From positions 7,815 to 71,814 of the forward strand of contig CAZXKQ010000007.1 in the NCBI GenBank assembly GCA_964641395.1: DNA of 64,000 nt, read 5' to 3'. This stretch comes from an uncultured Phascolarctobacterium sp. GTDB lineage: Bacteria; Bacillota; Negativicutes; Acidaminococcales; Acidaminococcaceae. Positions 62,343-64,000 of the stretch are shown piece by piece (position 1 is the stretch's first letter; every line of letters starts with the position of its first letter). Below the pieces are notes generated by a model, which did not search any database, was not told the DNA's origin, and saw only the letters and a list, made by a program, of their open reading frames with translations. A program made the position numbers and the translations under genes.

Positions 62343-63689
62343 CTAGGGCAGGCCCTTATGCTTCCGCTCCAAAAGGTTGATAAAGTAGTGGAAGGCGGCG
62401 AAGCAGAAGAGGGAGTTGCTCACCCAGGCGATGGGAGAGGCCATGCAGATGCCTCTGAAGCCCAGGTACTGGCTCAGCACTAAGGCCGCCCCGGAGCGCA
62501 TTACGAATTCGATGCTGGAAGCCAGCATGGGGATGAGGCTGATGCCCATCCCCTGGCAGCTGTTGCGGTAGATGAAGATCTGGCTCAAAAAGATGTAGCA
62601 GGGCACAGTGTGGAAGATGTACAGCTTGGCCGCCTCCACCACCGGCGCCTCAGGATTGTCCAGGAAGATGGCGATAATCTGGTTGCCGAAAGAAAAGATC
62701 AGCAGGGCGGACAGGAGGCTGAAGCCCCCTGCCAAAAAGGAGCACCTGCGCACCGCCTCCCGGATGCGGTCGAAGCGGCGGGCGCCGTAGTTCTGGGCGG
62801 TGAAGACCGCCATGGAGATGCCGCAGGAGATGAGGGGCTGGAAGGCGATCTGCTCCATCCGCACCGCGGCGGTGAAGCCGGCGATGGCGGCAGTGCCGAA
62901 GCTGTTGCAGACCGACTGGAGGATGAGGACGGCCAGGCCGATGAGGGAAAACTGCACCGCCATAGGCAGGCCCATCCGCAGGTGGGCCCACAGCTCCGGC
63001 CAGTCTAAGCGGAAGTCCTGGCGGCCGATGTGGAGCTGGGGAAAGCGGCGGTAGATGTACCACAGGCAGAGGAAGGCGGAGAAGGCCTGGGCGATGACCA
63101 TGGCCACGGCGCTGCCCGGCACCCCCCAGCCGCAGTAGATGATGAAGAAGAGGGCCAGGGCGATGTTCACCAAGGTGGCTATGATTAAAAAGTAGAGGGG
63201 GGTCCGGCTGTCCCCCAGGGAGCGCATGATGGCGGAGAGGAGGTTGTAGGCCATCATGGCCGTTATGCCGTCTACGATGATCATCACATAGGAGCGGGCA
63301 TCCGGCACCAGGGCCGCCGGTATGTTCATCAGCACCAGCACCGGGTCGATGAGCAGGTGCATGAGGGCCATGATCAGCACCACCCCGGAGCAGGCCAAAA
63401 AGAGGCAGGTGGCTATGCTGCGGCGCATCCCCGCCATGTCCCCCGCCCCGTAGCGTTGGCCTGTTACTACGGTGTAACCGTTGCAGGAGCCTATGGTCAG
63501 CATCACTCCGAACATGAAGAGGGGCGAAACGGAGCCTACCGCGGCCAGGGCCTCTACCCCTATGGTGCGGCCTACGATGATGATGTCGGCTATGTTGTAC
63601 AGTTGTTGGAAGATGTTGCCTATTAGAAGGGGGACCATGAAGGGCAGGATCAGGCTCAGGGGCCTGCCCTCGGTCATGTTGTGCAACAT
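62343..63689 (-). CDS. MATE-family efflux transporter
   Basis: 448 aa, 12 TM. N-terminus EGRPLSLILPFMVPLLIGNIFQQLYNIADIIIVGR is typical of MatE. Confidence 0.9.
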   Translation of the reverse strand: MLHNMTEGRPLSLILPFMVPLLIGNIFQQLYNIADIIIVGRTIGVEALAAVGSVSPLFMFGVMLTIGSCNGYTVVTGQRYGAGDMAGMRRSIATCLFLACSGVVLIMALMHLLIDPVLVLMNIPAALVPDARSYVMIIVDGITAMMAYNLLSAIMRSLGDSRTPLYFLIIATLVNIALALFFIIYCGWGVPGSAVAMVIAQAFSAFLCLWYIYRRFPQLHIGRQDFRLDWPELWAHLRMGLPMAVQFSLIGLAVLILQSVCNSFGTAAIAGFTAAVRMEQIAFQPLISCGISMAVFTAQNYGARRFDRIREAVRRCSFLAGGFSLLSALLIFSFGNQIIAIFLDNPEAPVVEAAKLYIFHTVPCYIFLSQIFIYRNSCQGMGISLIPMLASSIEFVMRSGAALVLSQYLGFRGICMASPIAWVSNSLFCFAAFHYFINLLERKHKGLP

Positions 63690-63754
63690 AGGCTCCTCCC
63701 TAGCTGGGCAGAAGATGGGGCTGGGCAGGGATACTGCCAGGGGTATTTCACATC

Positions 63755-63784
63755 ATTATAACATAGGCCCCGCTCCTCTGTCAG
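63755..63784 (-). promoter_or_regulatory. Possible promoter for the MATE gene (CTGACA-18 nt-TATAAT)
   Basis: Minus strand GTACTGACAGAGGAGCGGGGCCTATGTTATAATGATG. Confidence 0.45.
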
Positions 63785-63840
63785 TACCTAAAGCCCCCTT
63801 CAAGCCCCCGCCTGTCAAAAAAGGAATGGGGCGGCCGCTG

Positions 63841-63869
63841 TTGCCAAAGGGGATAAAAACAGGTATAAT
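63841..63869 (+). promoter_or_regulatory. Sigma-A promoter driving the TPP riboswitch (TTGCCA-17 nt-TATAAT)
   Basis: TTGCCAAAGGGGATAAAAACAGGTATAATAGCC. Confidence 0.6.
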
Positions 63870-63882
63870 AGCCTTGACAACT

Positions 63883-63975
63883 GCATGCGGGAGCTTGTGT
63901 TACAGGCTGAGAGGAAGGTGCTACCTTCGACTGCGAACCTGATTTGGATAATGCCAACGTAGGGAAGACGGTGAC
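63883..63975 (+). promoter_or_regulatory. TPP (THI-box) riboswitch aptamer; the expression platform and regulated gene lie beyond the window end
   Basis: GGGAGC...GGCTGAGAGG...GCGAACCTGATTTGGATAATGCCAACGTAGGGAAG matches the conserved THI-box core (CTGAGA, ACCTGAT, GGATAATGCC, CGTAGGGAA). Confidence 0.85.
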
Positions 63976-64000
63976 AGGGCTGCCAAATCGGCGGCCCTTC

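Overview
GC-rich (roughly 60% by eye) chromosomal window of Gram-positive (Bacillota/Firmicutes) type, judged from CIRCE-controlled groESL, AGGAGG-type RBSs, many rho-independent terminators and yqeK/ywlG-style gene neighbourhoods. It holds about 63 protein genes, almost all on the minus strand, and many long ORFs in the track are antisense shadows. Housekeeping content: guaA, groES-groEL, a stand-alone tRNA-Pro(CGG), mscL-tyrS-mrp, and a tightly packed nine-gene aromatic operon (aroF-tyrA-aroB-aroA-aroC-pheA-aroE-aroK-aroQ). Also present are nadD-yqeK-LCP-rsfS-cvfB, a MacAB-like efflux system, comEB-glyA-ywlG-rpiB-tsaC-prmC-prfA-DUF1385-rpmE, cysE, a DUF362/aldo-keto-reductase Fe-S pair, lysA, tatD-metG-rsmI-ilvB-ilvN, an HD protein, a MATE exporter and a TPP riboswitch cut by the window end. 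Accessory content is of two kinds. First, two divergent UbiD-family decarboxylase paralogues flank a LysR regulator (1..4070). Second, a ~13 kb Malonomonas-type biotin-dependent, Na+-pumping malonate decarboxylase cluster (22886..35265: oadG-like, madB, birA, hutP-like, madA/E/C/D/H, mdcG, two madF, madL/M, madG, AEC transporter). The most interesting signals are these. (a) A HutP-family RNA-binding regulator lies inside the mad operon and is directly followed by a terminator, and an 18-nt motif is shared between that terminator and the first of two terminators in a 744-nt untranslated leader. (b) An unannotated 41-codon leader ORF with 9 Phe/Tyr codons among codons 11-29 lies between a consensus promoter and an intrinsic terminator upstream of the aro operon, which suggests ribosome-mediated attenuation. 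(c) Two tandem madF biotin-carrier genes encode identical proteins despite 17 synonymous nucleotide differences. No rRNA, CRISPR array, transposase or prophage genes were seen. All calls come from reading the sequence and recalling protein families; no searches were run.
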